Assembly (NCBI GenBank): GCA_946965045.2
Contig: OX337229.1
Location: 744,001 to 808,000, forward strand
Direction: 5' to 3'
Length of the DNA: 64,000 nucleotides
From: Epithemia pelagica
Lineage: Eukaryota; Protista; Bacillariophyta
Shown here: piece after piece, positions 33,307 to 46,582 of the stretch
Layout: every line of letters starts with the position of its first letter
Numbering within the stretch: position 1 is the stretch's first letter
Made by a program: the position numbers and the translations under genes
The notes under the pieces: generated by a model
The model's input: only the letters and a program-made list of their open reading frames with translations
What the model was told of the DNA's origin: nothing
Database searches by the model: none

Positions 33307-36300
33307 TCAACCCGAACCATCTACCTGCTCCTGTGGTTTCGATCCAGCAACTACGCCCTGTTTCGTTTCCAGTTCATTTGCTCTCGGTTTCAGGTTCTCT
33401 TCTTTTGGTGGCAATTTATCCTTGACAGACGCACTCATTTCTCCTCCAACAGTCTTTTGTTCATTCGCTTCGGTCAGTGGAGAAGGAGCAGCTGCCAATT
33501 TGTCATCCAAATGGTTTAATGCTTGGGCCAAGGAAAACATTCTTTGGGTTCGGTGTAAATCCGCGATTCCTTCACCCGCCGTGGTACTTTCGGATGCATC
33601 GACTTCGTCTACCTTCATTGGGACGGCAAGAGGTCCATTGGATACTGGTCCGGTGGTTGCAATAGGCATGGCACTGGGGCTTTCTGTTACAGAGTTGTTG
33701 GACTCAAAGTACGACTCCTCTTCGTCTGCTTCTTGGAATTTTCGCTGGTCTTCAAGAGCTTTTCCGCTAAGAACTCGGTGAACAGTGTGATGAGACACTG
33801 TGCCAGTGGCGTTGAAGTATCGTGATCCTCCTGGAGAAATGGTTCCACCATGAATTCCAGTTGCGGAATGTTGCACAGGCTGCATACTCTTACGATTGGC
33901 CTCGTATGCTTCCCTAAGAACTGTCAAGGTTGAAACGTAGGGACTTGAGACATCTTCGAGCGATGTTACACCTTTTTCGGATTGATCGATCGGTGACAAA
34001 TGCTTCGTCACGATATATTCAATCAGGGACTTGATGTTCTCGTTGTGAATATAGTCACACATTTCCACAATTGATGAAGAAACGAGATTATCACCAACTG
34101 GATTTTCGCGGAGAGCATCAAACACTTGGGCGAACAAATCGTGTTGGATAATGTGCCTGTGATAAAACTCATCGTGAACCGACAAAATGGATCTGAGAAA
34201 TCGAAGGGCAGCAAGTTTGAGGCTGCGATCCCCTGACAGCTCATGTGAGCGACCAGGGCGTAGCAACGAAAGAACATTTCCCAGTACTCGAGACTTCAAC
34301 AGAAAGAACTTCATTCGATACAAATGAGCTCGCACACAAAAGCTGAGAAGTTCTATCGCAAACGAGCTGCGAATTGCGTTGAAGGGAACGGTCTGGAGAA
34401 ATCTATCATTCAATGACGCTCCATTCCTCCAGCTTGACTGTATTGCCCGCATCGTCTCTGATTCTGATGGATTCTTCAAAACAAACTCTGGCACAGTTCG
34501 AACCGAGTGCAATAAGGTGAACTGAAATGGGGCAACCAGCCATTCCATGTAATGCTCATAGAAGAGGGAGAAAAACTGTTTTTGGTCATTCGAGGCTGCA
34601 GCTGCCTGGGCAGATTGTGACGGTTGGTCATGGAGAGGCCCACTAAGTTGACCGAGTGCCATTCCTTCGCCTTCGTCTTTTAACGCAATAGATCCAGTGT
34701 CCCCGATAATATCAGTATCAAGAATTATCCTCACAATTTCCGTAGCCTGTAAAAGGATCCCAGCATCTACAGTGACATTCAGGAGAAAAACCAACGCTGC
34801 CATCAGATCATGTTGTGGGGGTATATGAATCACTTGCTTTTTCTCGTTTGCGTCTGGTCGTCCTGCAATCCAATTGGCGCTTCCATTTGCCATGTCAGAT
34901 TGCTTTTCTTTCCTTGAGGCATGATAGTCAATACAATGCCTACGAATAAACGAAGGATCTTGCATGGCAATTCCTGAAATAATCTCCAAAACGGAGCCTT
35001 TTTCACTCGCATCCATATTAGGGTCGGCAAGCGCATCACCGAGCAACGACAGCAAACTAACTGGAGTTGTAGGATTGTGCACTTCCCCCTGTGCACCAGT
35101 CTGCTCCGATTTGATAGTACTCGCGACACTTCCCGCTTCCGCCATTTGGCTCGTTTGTGAAACAGCATCTGAGAAATCTTCGACCAAATCCACGTCTACA
35201 GTGCTAATCACGGAAAAGAAGTCATCTTTGTCATTCTGTTGCAGAGAAAGTCGAACCATGTTGAACAGTTCCCGTAAAAAGCTAAGACAGCCTCTTCTAC
35301 GCAGTTTTCGAGAGGCTAACGAGCTATCTTGTGGTGCAAGATACTGTTTCCAATTTGAACCCTCCATTGTGTTGTGATCCAAAACCGTGGACGGATCCTT
35401 GGCCCCCGAAAGTAAATCGTCATGACTCTCCGCTGAGGACAATGACCCTGAGGGATGATCCAATTCCATCCACTCCATTACACGAATGGCGTGTAGCTCC
35501 ATACCAAGCATCCGTATGACTCGAATCAAATAGCTTTCTGTCAAGGCAACTTCTTCGCCATTTGGTGACATGGTAACTCCCTTGACAACATCGGCATGAG
35601 AAAATGTTTGCAGAGAGCTCAGTGTGCTCAAGGATGACTCATCCATGGTTGGTCTCAGCAGTGTATCGCGCATAAAATTGACACGAAACGAACGATGAAT
35701 CGCCCCCACCAGCTCTGTATTTTCCATAGCAACCACTGTGCGAAACTTGACTCGTTCTCGTAAGAACCATCTATGGTTCGCTTTCTCTCTCAAGTCCGGA
35801 TCGTACTCAAGGCAGCTACATACTTGCTCAAACAACTCTGCCACGGCCACAACCAACTCTAATATCGCTGGTTCATTCAAAAGCAGAATGGTCTTGACAC
35901 AGGCGGCCAGTGTGGCCAGTTTTCCATAATCATTGCGCTCCTCGGCTTCTGGAAACAAGGACAAGAGCGCCCGAAGATAAGCACATTCATCTTTGGCAAT
36001 GACATTGGCCATGGCTTCCCGTTGTTGCACATTGTGAATAGCGGCGATTGTGTCGCCAATTTGCTCAATGTTTGCGAGACTGGGTGGATCGGGCAAATGA
36101 ACGGGTGATTCGAGCATGTATTCACCACCTCCAGGACTGCCATCATCCAGCATGGATGCATTCCCAATGCCAGCACCTCCCCAGCCACCAAGGTCGGGTT
36201 GCTGAAGATGATGATGATCCATGGTTGCCGTATTGCCATTGATTCCGCCCACTTGCTGTTGCATATGAACATGATGTTGCGCGGCAATGGCTGCTGCCAT

Positions 36301-37827
36301 GCGTTGGACCGAATCGTCATTGGGCAAACTTCGCAATAATTCGGCAGCCCGACTTTGCACCTGGGTGATTTGACGCCAAATATCCAAACATCCCGCATTG
36401 TCCTGAAAGGACAAGGCCAAATCGACGCCCCCACCTCCAGGACCATGAATATGATTGTTTCCATTGGCACCACCCTCTCTCTCGTGTTCATCGTTACTAT
36501 CACTCTCCAGTTGCCGATTCTGTGTCTGTCCGTAAAAGGGTTCGCACCATGTGATAATGTTGTCACCCTGACGCTGATAAGGATCTCGTAACAAGATTCG
36601 TGTCCTCAACAATACCCTTGATTGTCGATTGGCTTTGGTCAGTTCTGCTTGAACACACAAGGTAGCTTCCCCCGTTTCTTGAAAGAGCCACTGATCAGTC
36701 GTTTGGTGCGGTTCCGGTCGAATACTATGGGGGTGAAAATTGTGAGAAGAATGGCTCGTGTGCCCATCACCACTCGTAGTATTGTTGTTGGAATTGCTGG
36801 CATCCGGATTGTCCGATTCGGAAGCAGTGGTGGGTGAGGCTCGCGAAGGATGTGTATGTGTATGATACAAGCACAGGATACGACCCGTTCCACAATCATC
36901 CCACGAACCATCTAAATTTAAGCGATAGAGTTTGACTCGCCATCCATCGGGTTGTTCACTTGGTGTCGGACCTGGTCTATGGTGATGATGATGTATGTGC
37001 GAATGCGGTTGTAGTGCATTTTCACTCCCTTCCGAGGGTTGCACAGTGGCATGAGTGTTGTCGTTGCTGCTGCTGTTGTCGTCATGGTTGTTCCCACCTG
37101 GTTCCTGACTACCAGGGGATGCTTCACTCTCGGTCTCTGTCATGTTCGATGTGTTGTGAGTTTCCATCGTTGGCGTGGAAGGCACTGCGGAGGATGCTGT
37201 GGGTTCCTCTGGTTCAATTACAGGACTTGACGATTTTATGCCTTGAGTATCCTCGGCTTTGTTTGCATCCACAAGAGGATTGATTGTGTGATGGGTGTCG
37301 TCGATGTTCAAAGACGCTGGTTTTCCTTGTCCGGCTTGGTGATCCATCACTCGTTGTTGTTGTTGTTCGTTGAGTACTTGATCAATCTGTTTTGTTTTCT
37401 TTGTTTCCGAAGAATCAGAATCTTCATCCATACTGCTGTCGCTGCCTCCATCCAATACATTGGCATTTGTAGGACCCGTCATGCCGGAGGGACGATGCTT
37501 GCGCTTTCGTGGTTTACGATGGCTATTGTTGATGTTGATGCTGTTGCCTGCAGTACCTGCCGTAGTACCCAATTTCATTCGAATCGGTGCATGAGATGCC
37601 ATTGTTGTGGGAGTTGGTACAGAGGCTGTCGGAGCCAAGGAAGTGGACAACAAGGCATTTGCCATGGCTGTGACACCACTGCTGTTTGTCTGTTCGCTTT
37701 TGATCGAATCCGCATCCTCTTCCTGCTTATTGGTATCGTCGCTGCGATTGTTCCCCAATGCCGTCGTGGGTGCGAGTTTTCCCGGTTCGTCCTCCATGTT
37801 TTCGGTCGTTTGCCTGTCATCCCCCAT
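33307..37827 (-). CDS. PPP4R3: Serine/threonine phosphatase 4 regulatory subunit 3 (SMEK/Psy2)
   Basis: EVH1-like [39 protein letters not shown]; SMK-1 region [14 protein letters not shown]; ALRFLR; [10 protein letters not shown]. Confidence 0.93.
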   Translation of the reverse strand: MGDDRQTTENMEDEPGKLAPTTALGNNRSDDTNKQEEDADSIKSEQTNSSGVTAMANALLSTSLAPTASVPTPTTMASHAPIRMKLGTTAGTAGNSININNSHRKPRKRKHRPSGMTGPTNANVLDGGSDSSMDEDSDSSETKKTKQIDQVLNEQQQQRVMDHQAGQGKPASLNIDDTHHTINPLVDANKAEDTQGIKSSSPVIEPEEPTASSAVPSTPTMETHNTSNMTETESEASPGSQEPGGNNHDDNSSSNDNTHATVQPSEGSENALQPHSHIHHHHHRPGPTPSEQPDGWRVKLYRLNLDGSWDDCGTGRILCLYHTHTHPSRASPTTASESDNPDASNSNNNTTSGDGHTSHSSHNFHPHSIRPEPHQTTDQWLFQETGEATLCVQAELTKANRQSRVLLRTRILLRDPYQRQGDNIITWCEPFYGQTQNRQLESDSNDEHEREGGANGNNHIHGPGGGGVDLALSFQDNAGCLDIWRQITQVQSRAAELLRSLPNDDSVQRMAAAIAAQHHVHMQQQVGGINGNTATMDHHHLQQPDLGGWGGAGIGNASMLDDGSPGGGEYMLESPVHLPDPPSLANIEQIGDTIAAIHNVQQREAMANVIAKDECAYLRALLSLFPEAEERNDYGKLATLAACVKTILLLNEPAILELVVAVAELFEQVCSCLEYDPDLREKANHRWFLRERVKFRTVVAMENTELVGAIHRSFRVNFMRDTLLRPTMDESSLSTLSSLQTFSHADVVKGVTMSPNGEEVALTESYLIRVIRMLGMELHAIRVMEWMELDHPSGSLSSAESHDDLLSGAKDPSTVLDHNTMEGSNWKQYLAPQDSSLASRKLRRRGCLSFLRELFNMVRLSLQQNDKDDFFSVISTVDVDLVEDFSDAVSQTSQMAEAGSVASTIKSEQTGAQGEVHNPTTPVSLLSLLGDALADPNMDASEKGSVLEIISGIAMQDPSFIRRHCIDYHASRKEKQSDMANGSANWIAGRPDANEKKQVIHIPPQHDLMAALVFLLNVTVDAGILLQATEIVRIILDTDIIGDTGSIALKDEGEGMALGQLSGPLHDQPSQSAQAAAASNDQKQFFSLFYEHYMEWLVAPFQFTLLHSVRTVPEFVLKNPSESETMRAIQSSWRNGASLNDRFLQTVPFNAIRSSFAIELLSFCVRAHLYRMKFFLLKSRVLGNVLSLLRPGRSHELSGDRSLKLAALRFLRSILSVHDEFYHRHIIQHDLFAQVFDALRENPVGDNLVSSSIVEMCDYIHNENIKSLIEYIVTKHLSPIDQSEKGVTSLEDVSSPYVSTLTVLREAYEANRKSMQPVQHSATGIHGGTISPGGSRYFNATGTVSHHTVHRVLSGKALEDQRKFQEADEEESYFESNNSVTESPSAMPIATTGPVSNGPLAVPMKVDEVDASESTTAGEGIADLHRTQRMFSLAQALNHLDDKLAAAPSPLTEANEQKTVGGEMSASVKDKLPPKEENLKPRANELETKQGVVAGSKPQEQVDGSG

Positions 37828-38742
37828 CCAAACGTCCTTTTCTCCACTGCAAATTGTTTTTCTACTGGCGTGAATAAACCGGTTTTTGGTCCGATTCAAT
37901 GGGACGCAAAACAAGAAAGAAGGGATGTGTTTCACTTGGATTCCCCATTCCCTCGACAACTCAAAGCTGCCAGTACTCTCTTTCCAACCCTTTTGCAAAA
38001 ACCTGAAATGAAAATTGGTGGAACAAAGATTTCAATCACAACCGGTGAAACAAAGATCCAATCCAGTGAATCAAGGGGTGGTGTTCAATCGGCAATCGTG
38101 CAACCAGGAGAGTCAGGGGTTTTGCTGCCAATCCAACGTAGTTTGAAACCGATTCGGTTTGTTTGCTCCCTCAAGAGAGATCTTTCCGCAAGCGAATAGG
38201 TTCTAGCCAAACAGACTCAAGCTCCAGTGTTTCTGTAGAACCTGATGGAATCGCGGCTAACTGCCTGCGAATTGAAACGCGCCCTCGTTCAATCAACAAT
38301 TTTATCAAAAGGATCCAACACCGTTGATAGCAGCTAACAGAGCTCTTGTTGTCGATTATGGTGGAGTGCTCTATAATAACAGAAAAGAAATGGCCTCTTG
38401 TCTGCTGCTCGGTACGAAATAAAAAAATTATTCTGTATGTTGCTGTTGTCACGTCGTCGTCCTCCTTGTCGCCATTTCCCGCGCGGTTCGTGCTCTATCT
38501 AAAAAAGTCGACTATGAACGAATCGAAGGAATCGGAGAAGCAAAGCGCAACGATGCGAGTGGTACGATTGGCTGGAAGGGATTGGCGAGTGGCGAGAGAC
38601 ACACGTCTTTCCTGGTCGCACCACATGCGTGAATATCCGCGACCTAAAAGCGATTCATACCCCATTTTGGAGAGTACGTCACACTTCGTTCCAACAAGCA
38701 CAGATACGAGAATCTTTTTGTCATTTTCCATTTCCTTGCTCC

Positions 38743-39951
38743 ATGACCATGATCCCTCGAACTTGCTCCATCACCGCCCTCTTACTCTGGTTTTCTTGCT
38801 GGAATGCGGCCAGTGCCTACAATGTGTTGATCATTGGTGGTACACGTTTTTCCGGCGCGTGGTTGTGGAAAGAATTGTTTTCTCGAGGACATGCCGTCAC
38901 AGTCTACAATCGCGGCAAGACACCGCCTTCACCCGTGGTGCGCGAGGGACCCTACGAATATCAAATGCGGGTGGCGTCTGCTCAATACTTGAAAGGAGAT
39001 CGCAAAGATCCCGAGCAACTTCGACAGCTCATTGATCCTTCCAAATACGATTATGTCTTTGATATGAACGCTCGAGAAGAATCCGACACCCGTCCCTTGG
39101 CCGAACTCTTTGTCGGATCCAACCTCAAACAATACGTCTTTATGAGCAGTGCGGGTGTCTATTTGATATCCGACGAGATGCCGCACATTGAAAGCGATCC
39201 GGTAGATCCCAAGTGTAGACACAAGGGCAAACTCGATTCGGAAAACTGTTTGCGATCTCTACCTGGACTCTCGTGGTGTTCCTTCCGACCCACCTACATT
39301 TGTGGACCTGGCAATTACAATCCGGTCGAACGATACTTTTTTGAACGCGTCGATAACAACCGTCCTCTCTGCATTCCAGGTCACGGACAGCATTTGACCG
39401 GTCTCGGACATGTGCAAGATTTGGCCGTGGCCATGGCCAATGTCATTGACCGCGAACAAATCACCAACGGCAAAGTGTACAATGTCCAAAACGTCCAGGC
39501 CATTTCGTTTGATGGCGTGGCCAGAACGGCCGCTAAGGTCATGGGCAAGTCGGACGTGGACATTGTCCATTACGATCCCAAGAGCTTGACCTTCCCTGAG
39601 GGCAAAAAAGCCTTTCCCATGCGGCCGCAACATTTCTTTACAGGAGTCCAACAAGCCATGGACGACTTGGAATGGAAACCTGTCTTTGATACGACTGAGA
39701 AAATTCTCAAGGATGCCTATGAAAATGACTTTGTTCATGTCAAGGCCGCTGGTGGCCTCAAGGGAGATTTTGCATGCGATGGTACGTACTGAGCTTAGGC
39801 GGTGATCATGATGATAATGACGGTTTCGAGTGTGTGCGACAGGTTTGATTTCTCACTTTTTTTGGTTCGAATCGATACACTCTTCTATTCACTTGTGCCT
39901 ATTGCAGACGTTGTTCTTACGGCGAATCGAGCAGGGGCTCCCGCTTACTAA
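38743..39951 (+). CDS. CSP41B: Chloroplast stem-loop RNA-binding protein CSP41b-like (atypical NAD(P) epimerase/SDR fold); intron 39782-39907
   Basis: VLIIGGTRFSG, SSAGVY, HKGKLDSE, RPTYICGPGNYNPVERYFF, TGLGHVQDLA, AFPMRPQHFF; spliced end GDFACDDVVL. Confidence 0.87.
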
Positions 39952-42127
39952 TAAATTCCGTGCTTCTAATCCCTCTCCTATAGACGTTTCTCTCTCCTCT
40001 TCCTTTTCGAACGTTGCTTTTGTTTACAACATAGTCCCAGGGTCTCAGATTGTTTGCTACTCCTAAGAAGCGATCCTTTGAGTAAAACATAGGAGTAGCT
40101 CTAGAGTAGCTAGGTGAAGTATCTTGAATCATCTCAATACGAGAGCTCGTATCGACGGAAGTCTGAGGCTGACGTGGTGTATTCATCTTGGACATTGGAC
40201 AGCGACTTATCGATCGAGAATGACCATTATTATTATTTAACGATGGGTCATTCTCTATTCTCGTGGTCATTCCGTTCTCCACTTGCTGGTCGCTGGTCAC
40301 CGACCACCGACACGGACCGACGAGTTGTCAATCCCAACTCCCAACAAGTAAGGTCCCGCGAGCAGCATCCCTTATCCCTTTTCCGAAGAATAATCTCCAG
40401 CGATCTCTATGTAATATATATATTCATATAAAGTATGAATATGCGAATAAACTTCTAGGCGTATTGGGTGCTTCTCATATACCGTACTCGTAGATGATAT
40501 AGCATAAGTATTTTTTATTTTGCGATACGGGATAATTCGCCATTAAATCCCCTCCATTTTGGTGAGGCGGCCAGACAAATCCCCAACCCTATCCTTTTTT
40601 CAATGTCGCCCGCCACTGCTCCAGTTAGCTCTAAGTATCTCTAATTGCCAACACCGTTACATCAAGGTTGGCTTGCGTCCAGTTGGTTTCTTGTTTAGGA
40701 CGAATCCTCACAAAATTGGGCAACCCTCTCGTTCGCGTCTCTCACAAAACCCAAAACCGAGGCACATGACATGAGGTATGAACCATGGACGAATCATGCT
40801 GGGCGGAATCGCTTCTAACTTCTCACTACTGCTGCTTAGTTCTAATCTTCTTCTCTCCTTTTCTTTCTTCTTACTCATCACTGCTGCAATCTTTCCTTTG
40901 GTTCATGCATAATCCTTTGGTTTTGTCTCATGTTGTACGCGTAGACTAGTCGGTATAAGCTGCTTGTGGTCAAGTGGAATATCTATCCCTTTCCCCTTGT
41001 TGCAATTCTTTTGTTGTTTGATTGTTGGCTGGTTGGTTACTTTTATGTCTTCTGTAGGATAGATCATTCTCAATCATTTCTCAACGACCAAACATGTTGT
41101 TGTTTTTGCTTCCACACCCTACTTTCCAATTATCAGCACCTACTCTAGATCTAGAGTCATACAGCGAATGATTCAATTCGTAGCTGTAGATGCGTGTAAG
41201 AGCTGCTCTGTCGTGTGTTCATGGTGGAACTGAGGGTCATTGACGTGCTCAAAACAGAAAACAGATGTACAACACGAATACAGAAGGCACTTAACTCTAT
41301 AGATGGCTAGCACATGAGTTCTATTTCTAGTGAATAAAGAAAAAAAGGTTTATAGTCTGTGGATGAATGCAATGAAAGTTATGGACTCATTTCGACAGAA
41401 ATGAACAATGGCAAGTAATTAGCTGCTGAGCCAGAGACACAGCAGATGAGCAGACGCTCGTCCAATGAGCAGAGCAAGCAAAAGAGACAAGTGTGAGTGA
41501 GCATGAGCAATGTAATTGTCATGGCAATCCGCAATGGATCAAGCTCACCTGGAATGCCATTAATATTAATCCGATGTGCTTTGGCAAGAGAAAAGGATTG
41601 TGTGCTTGTTGCTTGTCCGACATTATGAAACAACCAACCGTCATCCACGCAGGGCCGCTTGCAGGCAGCTGGAGTTGGAGAGCTGGCAAAGCCACCAATT
41701 TGAGAGCAAGCTCTTCCAAGCACGTGTCCAGGACACGCGACCGAATTTGGTCTGGCCGCCTCACCAAAATGGAGGGGATTTAATGGCGAATATAGGAGTA
41801 ACTTATTGTAGAACGTTTTTCGTTCCATAGCAGTACAGAGCAACTCTGCCAACTCGAGACTCGAGAAGCGTCGAGACAAGAGCGACAACGGCGGCAGAAA
41901 CAACACCAAATCCTACATAACAGAAAAAGGTTGTTGATGGTGCTACTGACGATACCATTCCAAAGCACCACCCAGTAAGAGCTTTTCCAAGTAAGGCGGA
42001 GAAAAAACAACCGAGAACTGTGTCCATCTATCTGGTTGGTCAAAGGTTGCTGTGACAGCGCACCAAGTATCTGCAAGAGATCGGAACCCCACTAAAGATC
42101 AACACAAAGCACTTGACACGATTGGCC

Positions 42128-43567
42128 ATGGCGTCTCTTGGTTTACCTCAAGGATATGAAGTGTTTCAGGATGTCAAAGAGGATGGAGGAGGAACAGGAG
42201 GAGAAGTGGATTTTGATGATTCCATGTCGTTGGGGTCCATTGGTGACATGTCGCTGTTGACGCTTGGAAGTACTTTGGAAAGCGACCTCCCGCAGAATCC
42301 ATTAAACAACCACCACAACAATTCGGAAAAATCCATAGATCTTCCTCCATCCGCACCTCCAGAGGAAGACGGTTCGAAGCAACCTGCGGCGGCCGATCCG
42401 ACACCTGACAATTCACATTCGGGCGCTCCACACCAACACGCGAACCAAGAAGTACATGCCGCTTCCAATTCCCTGGTCGCTGCTTCGAATCATGGCCCTG
42501 CGGTTGCTGCTGCAGCAGTAGCGGCACCAGCTCCAGGAGGACCTGTCGTGCACGAAGCACCACCCGAATCGGAACCACGCATGGTTTCGGCCGATAGTAT
42601 GGCCACCGTACGACATGCCAATGTGAAACCACCACCCCATGCATCGTCGCGTGCGGCCATGGCAGATAGCAGTGCCAATAGCTTTTTAAAGTCATCGCAA
42701 ACGCCTTATGATTCCTTGAAAGATTTGGTCAAGAGCAAAAAACGACAACGGCCGACCCAATTGCCTCCTACTTCGTCGTCTGCCGCCCTATCACAACCCT
42801 CCTTTCCCAATGGTAACTCTCATACAACGGCACCTAATTCCACTAGTTCTGGAATGGTTTCACGGCCATCGACGTTTTTGAGACAAGCACTGTATGGATC
42901 CAGAGCAGTAGTGCCACAACCCAATCAAGACATGCTTCAGGAAGCCAAACGATCGCGGTTGCAGGCTCCTGTCCAAGTGACCAATCCACTCTTGCACAAG
43001 GCTTGTATGAAACACGGAGTCGAAGCCGATGTCATTGAAGCCATTTTAAAAATTGATCGAAATCTAGCCTCCAAAACACAAAAATTGTATCAAACGAGAA
43101 AAGTCTACGACTGCGTCAAAAATATCATGGTGACGTCCAAAGTCAAGGAAAAATATGGATATCCTCTCAACATTGCCATCAAAAATGGAGCCAAGGAAGC
43201 GGCCGTCGAACTCTTGGTCCGCGCGTGTCCTCGTGTCGCGGCCTTGGCCGATGGACCAATGAAAGAATGTTCTCTGTTTGTCTTGTTGAAACACAATCCA
43301 CAAAATGCACAATTGGCCGATTTGCTCCTCTTGAGCAATCCATCCTGTGCTCGGACCCGAGATTGTCATCAAAATACACCCCTGCACATTGCCTGTCAGT
43401 ACGGTGCCTCCTTGGCCATTGTCAAACATATTTGCATTCTCTATCCTCCCTCTCTCAAGGTCAAGAACCGATTTGGACAAACTCCCCTCCATGTGGCACA
43501 ACGAGCAATACGGTCCAGTGCCATTGCCACCTATCTGTCGGGCAAACAACGGGGGATCTTCTCGTAA
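42128..43567 (+). CDS. Protein with disordered N-terminus and C-terminal ankyrin repeats
   Basis: YPLNIAIKNG, NTPLHIACQYG, QTPLHVA. Confidence 0.85.
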   Translation: MASLGLPQGYEVFQDVKEDGGGTGGEVDFDDSMSLGSIGDMSLLTLGSTLESDLPQNPLNNHHNNSEKSIDLPPSAPPEEDGSKQPAAADPTPDNSHSGAPHQHANQEVHAASNSLVAASNHGPAVAAAAVAAPAPGGPVVHEAPPESEPRMVSADSMATVRHANVKPPPHASSRAAMADSSANSFLKSSQTPYDSLKDLVKSKKRQRPTQLPPTSSSAALSQPSFPNGNSHTTAPNSTSSGMVSRPSTFLRQALYGSRAVVPQPNQDMLQEAKRSRLQAPVQVTNPLLHKACMKHGVEADVIEAILKIDRNLASKTQKLYQTRKVYDCVKNIMVTSKVKEKYGYPLNIAIKNGAKEAAVELLVRACPRVAALADGPMKECSLFVLLKHNPQNAQLADLLLLSNPSCARTRDCHQNTPLHIACQYGASLAIVKHICILYPPSLKVKNRFGQTPLHVAQRAIRSSAIATYLSGKQRGIFS

Positions 43568-43840
43568 TACACACACAAGTGATTCAATTAGAGATGATGT
43601 TGGCTAAGTTAAACTGTATTGTAGAGTCGGGGTTGTTGGAGATTACTTTTTTCGATTGGTAACTGCTGGTCAGCAGAGTCACTTGACGCTTTGTACGCGG
43701 AGATGTGACTTGTCGCCAATGTAGTAGGTTTTACATGCAGACAGAGGATTCTCCTAAAATATAAAACAACAGACCAATGGGATAATGACCTTCATGAATT
43801 TCCTGAATCATTCGCAAGCGCTATTTGGTTTATTGCATAA

Positions 43841-45040
43841 CTAATAATAAATGGTTCGAACACGATGATGGGGTTTCAATTCACCGGAACCATCCATCCG
43901 TTCCCCGACCTGCCATAAATACCAATCCACTTGTACAGCATTCCAGTGCATCGGATTCTCATCGTTTGCTGATTGCTGCCCCGTACCTGAAGGAAGCCCT
44001 CCGTTGGGTTCGTTAGTCGTTGTACTACTTGATTTGGTCATTTCACGGAGACGGTCGACCAATTGTTCCACCACCACGACCGTGGCGGCACGAATCGAAA
44101 CTTCGGCCTCACTGCCCACTGGTAGCTGTTGACAGGCATCTACGGCGTGTTCCAACTCGCTGTCAACATATTCCATGACATTCCAATGCCGTAAGAGTTG
44201 TGGAAGACGATAGTCAGCAAAGGTGGTAAGTTGGTCCGTATCGGTAAATTTGACCGACAAGGCCGCTTGCAAATCTCCTATACAAATCTGTGCCCGTTTC
44301 AAAAAGAAGCACGTCGGCGTACTGTCTGTATCCTTTTGGGTTGTGGTGTCCGAAACTGGTGGTTGTTGTTGTACATGAACCACGTCGCGAAAGCCAGGAA
44401 ACTCATCGTACAACCTTTGGACCAATTGGACGGCCGATCCTCCCGCGGATTCGACCAATGCCAAAGCAGATCCCTGGTAGCTGTCACGCAACACTCGTCC
44501 CAGTTCGTTCCATAAGGCACATCGTTTGTCCATGTCGGGTGGATATTTTTGATCCTTGTGGTGTTGGGTAAACAGTCGTTGCATCTCATCCACCGACAGG
44601 TTACACAGTCGGTCGGCTGAAAGAAGATACGAAGATGTAATGTATTTCGTGTCCGGACGTTTTTCTCCCCTATCGTATGTGTTTGTTCCATCCAAAATGG
44701 TTTCCAGTTGAGCGTGATCCGATGTAGCCATGGAGGTGAGGGTACAGGCAAGGTCGACATATTCGTAGTTGTTGGTGGATGGCCAGAAACAAAAATTAAT
44801 CGCATCCAACGCCAAGATGTAAAGCGAAATTCGCTCGTTCCGAACATGATCGGGCCACGAAAGCGGTGGCTGATAATGCCAATCTTCTTCATCCCATACC
44901 ACTTGTTTCGCTTGTTGCTGTATTCGTTGGGCAACCGCCAAGAGGGCATCCGAGTGGATCCGAACGTACTTGGGACCATTACCGTCCACCATCCAACGCG
45001 TGCAAGAATCACGAACTCGGTCACAAATCGATCGTCTCAT
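43841..45040 (-). CDS. QNG1: Queuosine-5'-phosphate N-glycosylase / queuosine salvage protein (DUF2419)
   Basis: LDAINFCFW, FLKRAQI, TFADYRLPQLL, EVSIRAA, VDWYLW, HHRVRTIYY terminus. Confidence 0.93.
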   Translation of the reverse strand: MRRSICDRVRDSCTRWMVDGNGPKYVRIHSDALLAVAQRIQQQAKQVVWDEEDWHYQPPLSWPDHVRNERISLYILALDAINFCFWPSTNNYEYVDLACTLTSMATSDHAQLETILDGTNTYDRGEKRPDTKYITSSYLLSADRLCNLSVDEMQRLFTQHHKDQKYPPDMDKRCALWNELGRVLRDSYQGSALALVESAGGSAVQLVQRLYDEFPGFRDVVHVQQQPPVSDTTTQKDTDSTPTCFFLKRAQICIGDLQAALSVKFTDTDQLTTFADYRLPQLLRHWNVMEYVDSELEHAVDACQQLPVGSEAEVSIRAATVVVVEQLVDRLREMTKSSSTTTNEPNGGLPSGTGQQSANDENPMHWNAVQVDWYLWQVGERMDGSGELKPHHRVRTIYY

Positions 45041-45150
45041 GCTTCAGTCTTCGGTGAGTCAAGGTATTGTTCTGGAGGATTGTATGAATGGCAGCGAGTG
45101 GCATCCAAAATCCGAAAGATTTTTCTAACCTTTCATCCGGAAGTAAAACA

Positions 45151-45233
45151 GGTCCACTCCGGGAATCGAACCCGGGACCTCCTGCATCTTCTTGTGGCCC
45201 GAAGCAGGAATCATACCACTAGACCAAGTGGAC
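45151..45233 (-). tRNA. tRNA-Pro(CGG) with an 11-nt intron (45187-45197) after position 37
   Basis: Acceptor stem GTCCACT/AGTGGAC, A box TGGTCTAGTGG, anticodon stem CCTGC/GCAGG, B box GGTTCGATTCC, TTTT downstream. Confidence 0.93.
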
Positions 45234-45319
45234 TCTATTCATGGGGGTAGAATGTCGTACAAATACTGAGTATTCTCTTCAGCCAAACCATTGTTGATGG
45301 GGGAGTTCACAAGTCCGAT

Positions 45320-46582
45320 ATGGGTGACAACGACAATGTTTGTCAAAGCAGTGGGTTGCGTATCGCTCCATCGGTGACACATCGTCGCAACAAGTTGGTG
45401 ATTGCCCATCGAGGAGCTTCGTTCCATTTACCAGAACATACAGTACCTGCCTATCGACTTGCCTTGGAATTGGGTGCCGACTTTGTCGAGCCCGACATTG
45501 TGGCCACATCGGACCACAAGTTGATTGCCATTCATTCCCTGGACTTGAGTTCCACCACTGACGTGGAAACTGTCTTTCCCAACAAAAAATGGTTTTCTCC
45601 GTTTGCGGGACAAGAAGGATATTGGGCCTTTAACTTTACTCTAGCTGAAATTGCCCAATTGACCGTGACGCAACGGTTGCCACAGGCGCGATCGACCGTC
45701 TTTGACAATCTGTTCAAGATACCACTGTTGGAGGAAATTGTTCAACTGGTCAATGAATGGAACTTGGAGGAACTTTCCAAATTTATCCGTTCACAAAGTG
45801 AAGACGCGTCTCGAAATGGCAATCGAACACCAACGTCAGTGGAGTTGGCAGGAGCTGGTATCTATCTGGAACCCAAAGAATTGTTATGGCATCAACAAGA
45901 AGCTGGAATTGATCTAGTGGATCTTTTGTTCAAGCACTTTGAGCTGTATAAATCCGACTGGGAGAAAGCAATGCCATGCTTTCAAGAGATGGAACCGGAC
46001 ACGTACAAAGTACCAAGTCTGGTGATCCAATCCTTTGAATTGGATGCCCTGACCACATTCCATGAAAAGTGGCTCATGTGGGAAAGTAACAGTGCCTATG
46101 CCGAACCTCCCTACGTCTTGCTCTTGTCGGGAGGACAATGTGACGATGACGTGTTTTGGATGCAAGTCGATGAAACACTACAGGAAGGCTTGCTGTCAGG
46201 GATTGGACCCGAAAAGACATGTTTGATGCCACGCGGCTCGTCCTCCTCGACCGATGATAGTTCGAGAACCGTAGCAACAACAAAGACTCGGACCAAAGCT
46301 CGTGAGTACAACCTGGCCATTCATCCCTACACGAGTCGCCCCGAAATTCACTTTATGGATGGGACCAATTTTCGCTCCATTGTGCAAGAAACCGAGTACT
46401 TGTTTTGCACTGTGGGTGTGGAAGGGATCTTTACCGAATCAGTTACCACGGCCGTTTCCGTTGCTACAGCAGGTTGTCAATGCGGTCGGTCTACGAGTGG
46501 CTCGTTCCCAGCATTTTCACTTGGTACTACGGCTTTGTGGACCATGTACTTGATTTGTTTCCTGCTCAACTTTGTTGTTTGA
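45320..46582 (+). CDS. Glycerophosphodiester phosphodiesterase (GDPD) with C-terminal hydrophobic tail
   Basis: VIAHRGASFHLPEHT, ADFVEPD, IHSLDLS, IYLEPK, VIQSFE. Confidence 0.92.
   Translation: MGDNDNVCQSSGLRIAPSVTHRRNKLVIAHRGASFHLPEHTVPAYRLALELGADFVEPDIVATSDHKLIAIHSLDLSSTTDVETVFPNKKWFSPFAGQEGYWAFNFTLAEIAQLTVTQRLPQARSTVFDNLFKIPLLEEIVQLVNEWNLEELSKFIRSQSEDASRNGNRTPTSVELAGAGIYLEPKELLWHQQEAGIDLVDLLFKHFELYKSDWEKAMPCFQEMEPDTYKVPSLVIQSFELDALTTFHEKWLMWESNSAYAEPPYVLLLSGGQCDDDVFWMQVDETLQEGLLSGIGPEKTCLMPRGSSSSTDDSSRTVATTKTRTKAREYNLAIHPYTSRPEIHFMDGTNFRSIVQETEYLFCTVGVEGIFTESVTTAVSVATAGCQCGRSTSGSFPAFSLGTTALWTMYLICFLLNFVV

Noticed and set aside
39917-42076. Several 70-180 codon ORFs
   Set aside because: No motif and no convincing exon chain. 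A small gene here cannot be excluded.
45039-45150. Apparent splice signals suggesting an upstream GDPD exon across the tRNA gene
   Set aside because: It would overlap the QNG1 start codon and read antisense through the tRNA to a stop at 45250 before reaching the GDPD ORF; not credible without transcripts.
43841-45233. Queuosine salvage gene adjacent to a tRNA gene
   Set aside because: Queuosine modifies GUN-anticodon tRNAs (Tyr, His, Asn, Asp). This tRNA is Pro, so the adjacency is probably coincidental.
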